This document shows positions 12,501 to 30,700 of a stretch of DNA of 64,000 nucleotides, piece after piece. Origin of the DNA: Lepidodermella squamata (taxonomy: Eukaryota; Animalia; Gastrotricha); NCBI GenBank assembly GCA_047495785.1, contig JBLDXI010000007.1, positions 3,906,001-3,970,000 of the forward strand, read 5' to 3'. The notes beneath the pieces were generated by a model. That model searched no databases, was not told the DNA's origin, and was given only the letters and a program-made list of their open reading frames with translations. The position numbers and the translations under genes were made by a program. Position 1 is the first letter of the stretch. The number at the start of each line of letters is the position of its first letter.

Positions 12501-13432
12501 TTCCAAAAAAAAACAGACGTTCTGCAGAATTATCCTGCCTAAACTTCAACTCAACAAGGCATTATAGCGTTTTGACGAGCGATATAACTTTTTACATGGA
12601 AAGTCATCCATAAGTTTTGTTTTTCGCGGCGTATTCATCTATTATTGATGCAACAGGAAGTGCTATCTCAAATTTCCGATTGTAATTACGTTGATATATA
12701 TGAAAGCTAGTTCTTGGGAATTATCGATTGTCCCTCCACTCTTGACAGCTGAAAATAGTTAACAAATTTCACGCCTTTTTGATTGCATTCTTGCGTTACC
12801 CAACTTCGAAAAAAGCCGTAGAAATATGTATTTATATGCACCTGAAAGCTTTGGGCAATGGTTAACTGGTGCGTGCTGGACGTCGACTGCCGCGCCGCCG
12901 GCTTATCCTGCGACTTGTCCCGCTTCCGCGGCGGCGCTGCACTGCTGCTGCGACTACGCGGCGACGTCGAGTGATTCCGCTTACGATTGCCGCTTTTCGC
13001 CGACTGCTCCGGAGCCGCCACCGACTGCCGACTCGCAGACCGCGACGCCGACCGGTTGTTACTCGCCGGCGCGTCATTCGCAGCCGCCTCGCGGTCCCAC
13101 TGCACGACCAAATCCGGCGACAAGTTCGACTCGGGCTCCCACGAGTTCTGGCTAGACGGGTAGTTGAGCCATTTCACGAAGAAGAACCGCTCTGCGCCCG
13201 GGCTCGTCGGCTCTCGAACCTTTAGAAGGGCTTCGACTACGTAAATATCGCGATCTGGGTCCGGCTCGCTTGGCAAGTTGTTGTTGGCCGCCGATTTCGA
13301 GTTTGGGTTGCCTCCTCGCCGGCCGATGCGCGAGGCGACGTTCGACTGGACGGCGGCTTGGAAGGTGGCGCTCGAGTTGGACGCGCGAGACGACGGACGG
13401 CCGCGGCTTCTCGACTTGGCAGCGTGGCTCAT
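9599..13432 (-). CDS. Tandem 'double HP1' chromobox protein (CD-CSD-like-CD-CSD-like), 574 aa; exons 13432-12842, 11761-10995, 10021-9880, 9823-9599
   Basis: CD1 YVVEALL..FFVKWLNYPSSQNSWEPE; CSD-like 1 EPQRILAV..LCYLI..WPLHALDYFE; CD2 FEVEKVV..YFLKWVGYDE|ADNTWEPE; CSD-like 2 PQKLL..FLVKWQG..KWPLHVLKFFQ. Junctions are GT-AG and in frame (1725 nt). Confidence 0.78.
10125..10291. mobile_element. Small imperfect inverted-repeat (MITE-like) element in an intron of the double-HP1 gene
   Basis: TGAGCCCCGCAAAGCGATTTCGG pairs with CCGAAATCGCTTGGTGGGTCTCA. Confidence 0.45.
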
Positions 13433-13850
13433 TCACAGACAACAAGGCCGGTTTATTCCCGTTTGTTAATTCCAACCAAAACAAAGCAAAAAACTAGCAG
13501 GGAAAATTCAAAAACAAGATATATTTAAAAAATGTTTTCAGTACGATTTGTTTATTCAAAGATTATTATATCGAAGATGGACAGAAAATTTCATAGCAAA
13601 AAACGCGGTTCAGAGCTAACAACTACTCGCAGCAATCAAATGGCTTGCATGCGACCTGTGATCGGAATTTGAGCAATTATCACCGAGAAACACTTCTGAA
13701 CGTCGATTTTTCTTCTCCTGATCGAATTAAAGCATTGAATGCTTCACAACAAAACATCAATATCAGCCTCTGCTAATCAAATTCTAGTTGCATATATGTA
13801 CAATTTCGAGAATGTTAAGAGATAAAATGTAAAGACGTTTGCAAAAAACG

Positions 13851-14616
13851 TTAGATTGCAGGCGCGTTTTCGATGTTATCCTCGCCGCCAACTCGAGTTT
13901 GAGCCCCACCAGCCGCCGCGTTCTCTTCACGCGTAATCCAAGTCAAACGATCTTCGTAAAACTTGATTACCACCTTGAAATAACAGAAAAATGACAAATG
14001 GCTAAAAATCAGATCGAATTCCATACCTGTGGGCATTTCACGTTGGCCTCTTTAGCAGGGACAAGATCGACCTCGTCGCAACCACGCCATGAAATGAGGA
14101 AAAACAAAGATCCGCTCGAATCGGTTGCGCCCAGAATTTTCTCAGCTGGAAGACCTCGCGCGAATCCGACGGCTTTGCCTTTTTCACTGCCACCTTTTTC
14201 GGAGTCTTCCTTCTTACGCTTCGCAGGGGTATCATCTGCAGTAGATTTCGAACCTCCTTTCTTTTTGCTGCTTTGAGATGAAGTGTCATCGGCGGCTAGG
14301 GCGGCTGCTTCTTTACGTTTCTGTTCGAACTCCGCGATCAAATCGTGGCAAGAAGTGCAGTTTTCTTCGGGTTCCCAAGTATTTTCCGAGCTAAAATTTC
14401 AAAAATGATTGCAGTGTTAGAAAAAAAGCAAAGTACTTACTCGGGATAATTTTTCCACTTGATGAGGTACTCGCGCTTGCCCTTGACAACTTTGACATCA
14501 ACAACCTTCTCGACAACAAATTCCTCTCCCTCCGGCTCGCTAGCTTCGCTCTCGTGGGTCTCGGATTCGGCTCCCGATTCGAAGGCGTGTTGAGTCGCTG
14601 GCTTAGCTCGAGGCAT
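13851..14616 (-). CDS. Heterochromatin protein 1 (HP1/CBX1-3-5 family) paralog B; exons 14616-14441, 14390-14027, 13973-13851
   Basis: Chromodomain [18 protein letters not shown]|SENTWEPE; chromoshadow [35 protein letters not shown]|[12 protein letters not shown]. Confidence 0.92.
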
Positions 14617-14829
14617 GATTATCGAATTAAATCAATAAACAAACTGTCTAAATCAAATGAAGTCAGGCATGCAGTCAGAAAACAATGCAAAAAATTTATT
14701 AACGTATAACAATGATCTAGCAAAGAAGACTGATTCAGCTAAGGTCATACTGCACTGGGCCATGATTACAATTCAGGGGAGTACAGAATAAACGTTTCAA
14801 AAAACGGAACGATATTCCGCGGGATTACG

Positions 14830-15506
<677 letters not shown>

Positions 15507-18482
15507 GGTCGAAAGTTCAATCAATTGTTCAAATGCTAAAGTAACAAATCCGACAAAATGTTACACGCAGAGCTCTCGTGAGATCGCTTACGCTTACGAT
15601 TCCCAAATTGAGGTTTTACAGTTTGCAATTTTGCAGAGTAGCAAAAAATTACAAAATCCCAATGTTTATCCCATCCTAACGTTCTTACCCTCAACTTTGA
15701 ACGATGTGGATAGCGAAAAAACTTGGCCTCTACTGCTTCTTGCAGTTTACCGAGTATGCTTAGAATGAAAAAAGATCGCATGCAGACTTTGAAAGCACGA
15801 ATTTAGTTACTAACTGCGTGTTTCAGAAAAACCGAGATTGAGTTTTATCCCAATAAAGCTGGGAGGATTATAAATTTTGAATATTTTTCCGACCCTGCGA
15901 CTTTGACCATAACATGGGCGTTTGGTGTTTGGCTGTTGCCAATTGCCAATACACATATACAAGCACCTTTAACTGGACTGACGAAACCGATATTACCAAT
16001 ACTTGAATAGAAAATTGAGATGTCATTTTCAATTTTAGACGTTACACCTCACGTAATAATGACTCAATTCGCGGATGAAAATTCTCCATCAAAGAAAGTG
16101 ATATAACAATGGACATAGTGCTAGCTCCAAAAATCGTTGGCTATATTTGTTGTCTAAATCGCTCAAATCACTAGTTTATATTATTTGCAAAATTGTGTCC
16201 CTGATTTAGTACCAATAAGCTGAATCAACTGAGGCACTATCGCTGGACTAAAAAATTACATCTTAAGTTCCAAGTTCTGATCGGGCAATTTAGCGAAAAA
16301 GTTAAGGAATCCTCCTAATCTGTCAAATCATCAATATCCATCAAGGGAGTGGAATAAGGTTAACGAAACTCAGTCACAAGGCTTCACCGTCAAACTGGCG
16401 AAAAAACTGGAAGCGGCAAGACATAGGTAACCGAGGAAGAGAAGAATTTGCGCGCGAATTTTGAAAATTTTTGCTCAAAATAAATAAATTTGATTCAATA
16501 AATACCAAATCTATTCTGAGTCATATAATGTATTTTGTATAAATAAATGTCGCAAAAGTTTTTAAATTTTTGGCGCTATTTTTTCGAATGCATTTTTTGG
16601 CAGCGGAGAGTGCACGCCTTTTTTCTGTCAGCTTGCCTATATCTACGGTTCATGGAATTATGCGTGCGATACCGGCCTTCCGCTATTCAGAAAGTGACTA
16701 AATGCTATGTCTGTTTGATTATACTTATACGCATAATCTATTGCTGCCTGACACAGGGTAACTGTCGCATTATCTATTCAATTTAAGCTGTCGGGTTCTA
16801 TGCTGTGTGCTCTGACATGTCATTCAAAATAATATGTAACCTATTCTCGCAAGGACGCTGATTTTTAAATGATACCTGATTTTTTATAATCTTCCATTTT
16901 CGAGTTATATGCGCAGATGTAGAATGTTGAAAAACTTCATTAGATGAAAGATTCCGACCCATCTCGTGAAGTTGGTAGTTGTTTCAAGACAAGGCTTGAG
17001 TTATGATGCCTTTTAATAAGTAGGTGCGAGAGTTTATTTCTTTATCAGAAATTAAAGCGCTTCATTATCTGAGTTGATTGATTCTACTACATATTGATTG
17101 TAATGTTCCAGGTTTCGCGCATTACTACGTCAGCTTTCTAAAAGCGTGTTGATGCTTCGTAGAGCGAGCGCATGAATTAGGCTCCCCGCTTCAATTTCGC
17201 TCTCTAACTGCTTCCTTTTCTTAGGGTTTCGAACGCAAGTTCGGTATTATTGATAACTGCTTCATGCTTCATCAATGAATATTCTTGTCAATAGTTTTAT
17301 AATAGTGCATTAGTGACAAACGGCAGTTCCGCAAAGATATCTTCTTTACGTGCAGTGAAGTGCGATGAGATTGAAAATTAGATTAATGGTGTTGTTCATA
17401 AATTGCTGTCGCTGTTTTTAGGTAATAGTTACACAATTCTACATGCTAAGACTTTAATTCTCTATCGACTAGTTAACTTGAATTCAAACTATGTCTATTA
17501 TTTTCTACATCGATACACCATACTCAATTGGGCCGATTTTCAATCTTTTTGCTTATCGCTTATTGGCTTTTCACTGGAAATGGAAATTGTGCATACTTTG
17601 TGTGCTTATAACTAATTAACGTTAAACACGTCATTTTCGTTATCACGATAGTATAACGCTATTTGTTGATGAATTAACAAATTCAGGCCGACCAAAATCA
17701 CACCTCTTTCCTATGCCAATCGTGCTATATTATGACGAGTGTCTTATTCTTATTCAGGCCGATTTGTTTTTTTATTATATTTTATTGCCATAAATGCAAT
17801 CTTTTATGGACTATCGCTTCTTGTTGTGGTAGTTTATTCCCGATAGTTGAAGATTTCACAGAGAGCAATTATGAAGGGTTTACCGACAAATTTATTGCGC
17901 CGTCGTTTCATGACCATTTTATATTGCTCTTTCTGCTAAAGCACTAACCGATCGCACATATTGAAAGCCATATCTTGATAGGTCATAAAGAGCGCGTGTG
18001 CGTAATTTCTCGCGCGTATGCTTGAGAAAACTCCACGTGTGCGTATGTCTACACCGCGCCCTTTTTATACTTCTTAGTAGTTTTTTCGATAATAATCTCC
18101 CTTTACCGCGACAACCGCATGTGCTTATTTACTCACGTGTAGTGTGTATACGGCCTCAATGCACATGCGCCACTTTTCCGCCCAATATGTAGGTAGGTCT
18201 TTCAAAAACGCGCTTAGTTTCGAGAGCTAATTCACACAATATATGTTTGACTGGTGATTATCACACGCGCACACGAGCAATATCATAGCGAGACCAAGAG
18301 TAGTCAATGCAAATACGATAAATTACACGGGCTCGTAACTTCATTGGATTTGCTACGCAATTGATATTTGATCATGTGAAAATACTAGGCCCGATAATTC
18401 AATAAGAAAAGAGTAACACAACAAGATGCTCTAGGGACACGACGTCTCGCAAAAATCGAATTCTCCTGCAACAACAAACATA

Positions 18483-23626
<5,144 letters not shown>

Positions 23627-23673
23627 AAGAAAGCGTGATGCGATCAAACCGAGATCTGTTATAATTATTTAGT

Positions 23674-23807
23674 CATGTTTTGCGATAAAAATGTGATCAA
23701 AATTTGATTCGAGTGAGTTTGATCCGAATTTGATCAAATGATTTTATGAATATTATAAGGTCGCATCAAGTTGATCCGGGGTTGATCCAATTTTCTCGCA
23801 AAACATG
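23674..23807. repeat. Short inverted-repeat element just downstream of the PKC stop
   Basis: CATGTTTTGCGATAAAATGTGATCAA pairs with TTGATCCAATTTTCTCGCAAAACATG; internal TTGATC repeats. Confidence 0.45.
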
Positions 23808-24754
23808 TCTGGTATTTCGTGGTGTACCAACCCCTGCCTCAAACTCTGTTTTATGCCTCTATTTTTAATTTATACCCAGATTCCTGGATTCCACTGTCTG
23901 TAGACTATATTTCTTGGGAAACATAGCTCCGAAAAATGAATTGATGACTATTTTTGTACATGCAATGTTTCCGATGAACGCAAAACAAACGCTACCTGCC
24001 AATTTTAAATTATCGTGGCGATCAATAATTGCGGTTAGGGTTGAATGAATACTACTTGAACCCCTTAATACTTACAGCCAACTTATGAATTTTTCGCTGC
24101 AAAGCGCTTGCCGTTTGATATTTTACTGATAATTGAAGCAGAAAATGTGTTCATGTCTGCGCATTTTTGTCGCTGATTTCGCAAAATCAGTGATTGTTTT
24201 AAATGGTATTTATTTATTGTGCTGCAACTGATTGCGTCTCGCGAACTTTGTTGATGGTTTTTGTCTTGTATTCGAGCCGCGAGCTTATGTAATATTGCTA
24301 TTTATTGTTGTTATGAAAGTCAATGGACGAGGCTCGTGCTGATATAAAATGTTTGTTGCTCGTTGAAGAAAAAATATATTATACTGAATAAAAGAGAAGT
24401 ACGTGGATCTGGGGTTGATTTTTTTTGAATCCTCAACTTGCGGGTGCCGCCTTTCACAAAATCGAAGCAAAAAGATCCCATTAGTCGTGTATTGTTCCTC
24501 TAAATCACATATATACACACATATATTTTGTCAAGGTTTTGCTGATGCGGAAACTAATGCGGGCCCGGAAACATCATGCAGGGCAAAAATAAATTTTATT
24601 TCCAAGAGAAAAAACAACATCGTTATCCATTATCCATTTGGTTTCCATTTGTTTCAATGTTTGAATGCAACATGGAACATTACGAATCACCTTGTGGTTA
24701 AATCGTCTTGTTAGATCTGATGTTAACTGATAGAGTTGGTCAAAGTCTTAATCA

Positions 24755-27700
24755 TCACAGTATGATGCACTTGGATTCCTTCCTCGCCGCCCGAGGCACA
24801 GCTGCGGGAGGCTCAAGTCTTCCCGGTGGAGGTGCGGGTGCAGGACGTCGCAAGAGATCGTCAAAATAACCGCCAACTTCCCTGCCGATCTGCATGTGCA
24901 ACGGCAGCTCGTGTCTAGCTTGATTGGCCAGTCGGTGAAGAATCTCGTCACCGTCGTAGTACTGAGCATCGTATGCCGCTGGTCGTTGCACCTGAACTCG
25001 AACCGGTCTATCCTCAGGTTTGCGTTCGACAACACTGCTCAAATTGATTTCAATGCCGTTATCCGCTAGGTCCTGTTGAATCGACTGAAGAACGTTCATG
25101 CGAACCTGCTCGTCACTCAGCGTCTTCAGATAGGCGATCACTGCCTGCGACTTGTTTTGCTTTTGAATCCGAAGAAACTCATCGGCTGAACAAAAGTACT
25201 CGTTCGGCGAAGGGTTGAATTCGCAGGTCCGGACGTGAGCATGAGCATCTGCTCCGCAGTCGACAAGGCAAAACCCGCAAAATTTGGCCTGGCAGTTAGG
25301 GTCTGCGCAAGTTAGAGCGAGGCAGCCGTCGAAGTCGAAAAACACCTAGAGGAAAGCGCGAAAAAGATATAATTTGCAGCGGAACTCCTGCTCATATTTG
25401 CGTTTTCCCCATTAAATCATAGACTGTAGCGAAAACGTTGTATACGGCACTACCCGCAAATATTATGATCGTATTAAACCCAGAGCTGGAAATAATTCCC
25501 TCAAATTAAAGTTAGCGTCTCAGCTTTTTTAACTGTGCCTTTAAATGACAACAGCTGAGCATCCCGCAAATACCCTCTCTTTCCTGGGAATGAATAATAA
25601 ACGTCGAAACTGCATACTTTTTTGCAGCGGGGGCATTTAAGGTTGAGAATTTCATTGAGGATATGCGCACAGTGTCGGTGGACGCTGCCGTCCGCAGATC
25701 GAAACCTCACAGCTCGGCAGTAGTAACCTCTGTGGGCAACTCGAGCTGTTTTTGCGTGGTCACTGCAGGACAGGCAGTAGAATTCCTCGCATTGATCGCA
25801 ATAACCAACAGATTCACCGCCATTACGCGTCTCCTCCTCTCCCGCAACCGGCTTTTTGGAGAAGATTATCCTGTACAATAAAACATTTTTTCGTTACGTT
25901 TCGCGTTTCGTTTCGTAATTTTGATTTCAAAGCTTCTCACGCGACTTGGCAAGTCAAAATTACCATGGTTGCACTTGTATAAACACCTGTGTTAAAACAG
26001 GCTGTTTAAACACATGTTTAAACTGTATAAAGTCCGAGGGTTTATACATGTGTATAAAGTCCTAATAAAAATGCCCCAAATTACTTAAAAAATCAGGAGG
26101 ATTCCGCCATAATCGTGAATCTTTTATAGCACTGATGCAAATCTGGATTACTCGCTGCAATTTATCGTATTTGATGATGTGCTGATGTTGCATATCCCTG
26201 AAATTTTTATCATTCACGAAAAACGAATAAGTTTAATTATTCACAAGAGCGCCATACAAACTAATTCTAGGCCTCGTGAGCGTTGCTCTGAAATTTAACA
26301 TGTTTTCGTTAAGATTAAAATGTTAGTGCACAATTAACTTCAAATTCAGATTAAAAATTAGGCCGGCCTGGACGCACGTACCAGAAAATTTCAATTTTGA
26401 AACAGCCTATTGAAAGCCGCCCTATTTTTGTGCGTGCATTTCGTTAGAAGGACTGGAGCATTAGCGCGTGCATCTTCCGTTACAAAGCATTGAATTTTGG
26501 GCATTAGGGCGCGCACCTACGAATGCCTCACTATTTCAAATCAGACCCTTGGCAACCAAAAGGAGTACTGGGATGAACGAAGTACTCACCCGTCACAGCC
26601 TTCTTTTACGCAGCGCCTGTGCCTTTGGGAATTATCCTTCAAAAAACAATCGATCATTTGCCGCTTCAGCTTTGGCATCTCCTTGTCAGTACAGAATGTT
26701 GTAATGTCATTCGTGACCATAAACGCACCGCAGTTTTCCTGCAAGCATTTGATTGGAAGCTGAATGATCTCCTGCTGGAACATGCTCGATAAGCACTCCC
26801 TATGGAATGAATGGCCACACGACACGAGAACCGCATCTGTTTCGTCGCACAGACAAATAGGACAGTTGGAATCGTCCTTTGTCAGCAGTGACTTCTGCTG
26901 AGGCGCCACGTGAACGAGACCAACCTTCAACTGCTCAACAGCACTCTTATCTCCGGTGGCCAGTAGCTTGTTGCCGCTGAAAATTAAATGCAATAGTTTG
27001 TGAGTCTTTTGAAGGGAAGCCGTGGTATCCTGAATTCTCTGCCGGTGTTTAACGGCTATCAATATCGGCTCGTCTAGTACAAGTCCCTCCAGAGTAGCGA
27101 TTAAACGATTTAGTTTGCCCTGCTCCCGATCTTTGCATGCTTCTGACCCAAAAATTTTGATGACCCTGGTTGCGTAGTCCACATGGATCGTTCTTGAAGT
27201 TTTGCAAAGCTCAGAAAGGCGAATAGAGCCGTAATTTGTGAACAATTTGGTCTTTGACGGGTGCTGGAAAACAACGGCTGTCATCATTGGCTGGAACCTG
27301 GATCTAGCGTCGTCGATGTCAATTTCGCCCTTCGAAGTTCGGAAAAACAACACAGCTGGCCTCTGCTTCTGCTCATAATGAGCTTTAACATTAACCTTTC
27401 CCTCGTTGTTAATTTTCGAGACCAAGTCGACGAATTCCGCTTTGCGACTCTCCCAAAGGAATCGTTCGATAGACATTCGCTGCGTGAATTCAAGTTCCAA
27501 CCTAATCGGCTGATAGAAGTTCGGAGGCAGGTGGCAGCGCCGTAGTGCATCCATCACGACCTGAGCATCAGCTGCTTGATCGAACGGAATGTAGACGCAA
27601 CCACGCACAGCTTTTTCCTGGAAAACAATGTCGACGTCATCCTCCTCGCAATCGAAGGGGAGTTCTCCGTTATTCAGCTCTGCGAGGGTATAGACGAATT

Positions 27701-30700
27701 CCCTCGCAGCTTGGGGTGACGCGCCGTTCTTCTTTCGCTTGATGTGGCAGAAATCTGGCTCTGGCAAATAGTTCACTCGAATGAATGACTTGATGTCTTG
27801 CTCGTCGACTTCTTGAGGTAATCGGCCAACGAAAACTAGGTATCGACGGCTTGGATCGGCTGATGGCGTGAATCTTGCACGATGGTATGGCTCATAGTCA
27901 TTAGCCTTAACATCCAACGCCTTCGAAAAAATTTTGCCGAACCTGTTACGCAATGGCCTGAAGCTGTGGTCCAGGAATCTGTTGCCATCAGCAGCTGTTT
28001 TGAAGGCGATAGTACACCCTCCCAGCGATTCCCCTAAAGCGAACGAAATGACGACCTTAACAGTCCTGTTGAGAACAGCAGACGGCTGTGTGGCGCCTCC
28101 AGGGATAGCACGTACTGGGAAACCTTCAATAGTCAAATCTCTCAGATTTTCAAAAGCGAGCCGAGCTTCTTCTCGATTATTGAACATTATCGTCGCTTGT
28201 TTCAGACCTTTGTCGCTTGAAATGCTGCAGTAACGAATTTCGTGGTAGTTCTGTTCCATCAGCAGCTTCAACGAGCTCTCCGTCATCTTGCTGGGAAGCC
28301 CTTTTAACACAATACTGATAAATTGCTCGCCAAGCAGCAAATCGAGAACGCGGCCGCCACCGCACCACGCCATTCGGACATTGCCAACGCAAGCCTCTTC
28401 CACAACATTGCGACACACGTCCTCTTTGTGCGAGTCGATTATTTTCTCGATTTCTTTTCGAACAATCACAGCCGCGGATGGTATGCACCAAGCCAGAAGC
28501 GTACCGCTCTCGTAATCAGCCAGCATATCTTTTATATCTGGGATTTGTTGCATGAATAAATGTTTCTCTGTGCAATTTTCACCCAGTATAATTCGAAGGA
28601 GTACCACGGAAACAGCCATCTTCACCTCTGGCTGCACGAGATTATTACGCAGTTGGTTGTACTTTGAATGCCAAAACCAATAGTCGACTTTCAAGTCTTC
28701 AAAGTCAACGGGCTCTGCCAGGTGGATGTAACACTCGCCAGCACTTTGGAAGTAATCAAGGACAACAATGCAACCGGGCAACTGTTCCCATCTATGAAGC
28801 ATTGACGAGGTGCTTATCTTGGCAGAAATTTTCCCGAGGCCGATTTGGTATTGGCGATTCGGTAGCAGAAAAGCAATGTTGTTAACAAGGGCTTGTAATG
28901 CCATCAAGCGTAGAGCCTTCAAATCATGGGTTACCACCTGCGAGTGTGACCACAAGTCAGAATTTCGGAGAATTCGCTTCAGTTCCTGGGAAAGCAGCCA
29001 AGTATTCACGATCGCTACTGAATTCAGTCCCTTTGATTTAAGCCATTCTCTAAGTTCGGGGGAGTGCGGTTCTTCGAGGGCGAGGAAGGCTTGTAAAATA
29101 TTGACATCGTCTTTGAAAACAGCACGTATCTTCTCGGCCCAAAGATTGATCAACTCGAGCATTGTAATTAGATCACCACATGCGCTGCTATCATTTTCCA
29201 ATGGTTGAAATGCAACTGGTCCTTTGAGCTGCTTAGCCGTGGTCAAAAGGGCGACAAAGAGAACTGCAGATTCACCGAAACCTAAAATGGGAGGGAATCT
29301 TATTACATTGAAGTTTGAAGTGGACATGGCTTTTCCCGGAGATTCCGAAAAATTCATGAGTTTCCAGTTTTGCCTTCACAATTTTCAATTTTCACTAGTA
29401 TAATCACTTGGTATCAACAGTAGACAGCAGTGTGTATAATGTATAATCACTATATTATCAGCTAAGAACTTACCCTGTGAACACGAATGGTGGAATAATC
29501 GGCTAATAATGGGATGGAACGGCAGGGTGGAGCAAACATCACCAATTCTGTTCAATTTTCGGGAGTCGTCAATTAGGCCAAAAAGTCGCAAGCTGGTTTC
29601 TGGTGCTATTTCTCTGAGGCGAGGGTTGACATTGAGAATGGGAAATGTGGTTTGAGCGGGAAAGTGATGCTTCATTAGCTCCAAGATGAAGGCACCACTC
29701 TTCCCATTAACATCGTTCTGCGCTGGAAATGTTTCATATTCTTGAGTTGAATAAAGCCTAACACATAGCCCGCCTCGCTTTGCTCTGGATCGCCGTTGTT
29801 CAGCGGAAGCTTTCGATATCCATTTAGATGTGAAATCAGGTGAAAAATGGCCTTCTGAAAATGAGATTTCCTAAAAAGATTTCAACACCTGTAGTATATA
29901 CCTATGTCATTTTGTCAGGGCTAAATTCACCTCATTGTAGCCGCAATCAATGACGACAGTTAAATTTTGAAACGAAACGGTTTCAGCGCATCTTGTTGAA
30001 AAAATTACTAGCCGCTCGTTTCCAATATTTAGAAAATCTTCAACTTCGTTCAAAGTCGTTTCGTCAGTTAGAACTAGAGGCAAACATTTAGGTTGCATTC
30101 CTCTCAATCTTTCCTCGCAATGCCTCATTGTAAATTCCGCCTTAAATAAAATGGTTTATCTCACTCGAAAATGAAGGAAAATGGGACAAACCTGGGTTGA
30201 ATTGGGTAAGAAGCACAACATATTCCCGTGACGCTTATTGTTTGCGATTTCGTTCGCAAATATTTCAGCCAGTTTACAGGCAGTGATGCAACTCAAATCA
30301 GCATTTCTGTAGACGACTTTCACGGGCATATCCTGGACTCCATAGAGACGAGGTATCTCGATAACAGGGCAATCGAATAGAAAGTTCGAGGCTTTTTTCA
30401 TATTAGTGCGGTTGCACAGAACAACAACTTTTAGCTCTGAGTCGCCGGAGCACAAATCGCGAAGTCGGTGTAGCAGAAGCTCAGTTTCGAGATGACCGGA
30501 ATCCAACTCATCTAAAACAACCACGCCAATGCGAGCTATATCAGAAGCAGTATGGTCGCGCGGGGATAGCTTTTCTAACAACGAAGAAGCCGTCACGCAT
30601 TCGATTTGCATCTCCGGGCTCTTTCGCGAAAATTTCTCTGTTGTCAGGCCTATATGTTTACCGGCATCGTTGATGCCGCATTCGCGATATTGCTTGGCAA

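Noticed and set aside
25980-26060. TGTTTAAACA-rich motif cluster, similar to 34089-34170
   Set aside because: Probably a repeat remnant, but boundaries could not be defined.
29282-29473. ATG at 29357 as the start of an independent 923-aa gene
   Set aside because: It lies in an intron; QG|FGESAV joins the HA2 region in frame.
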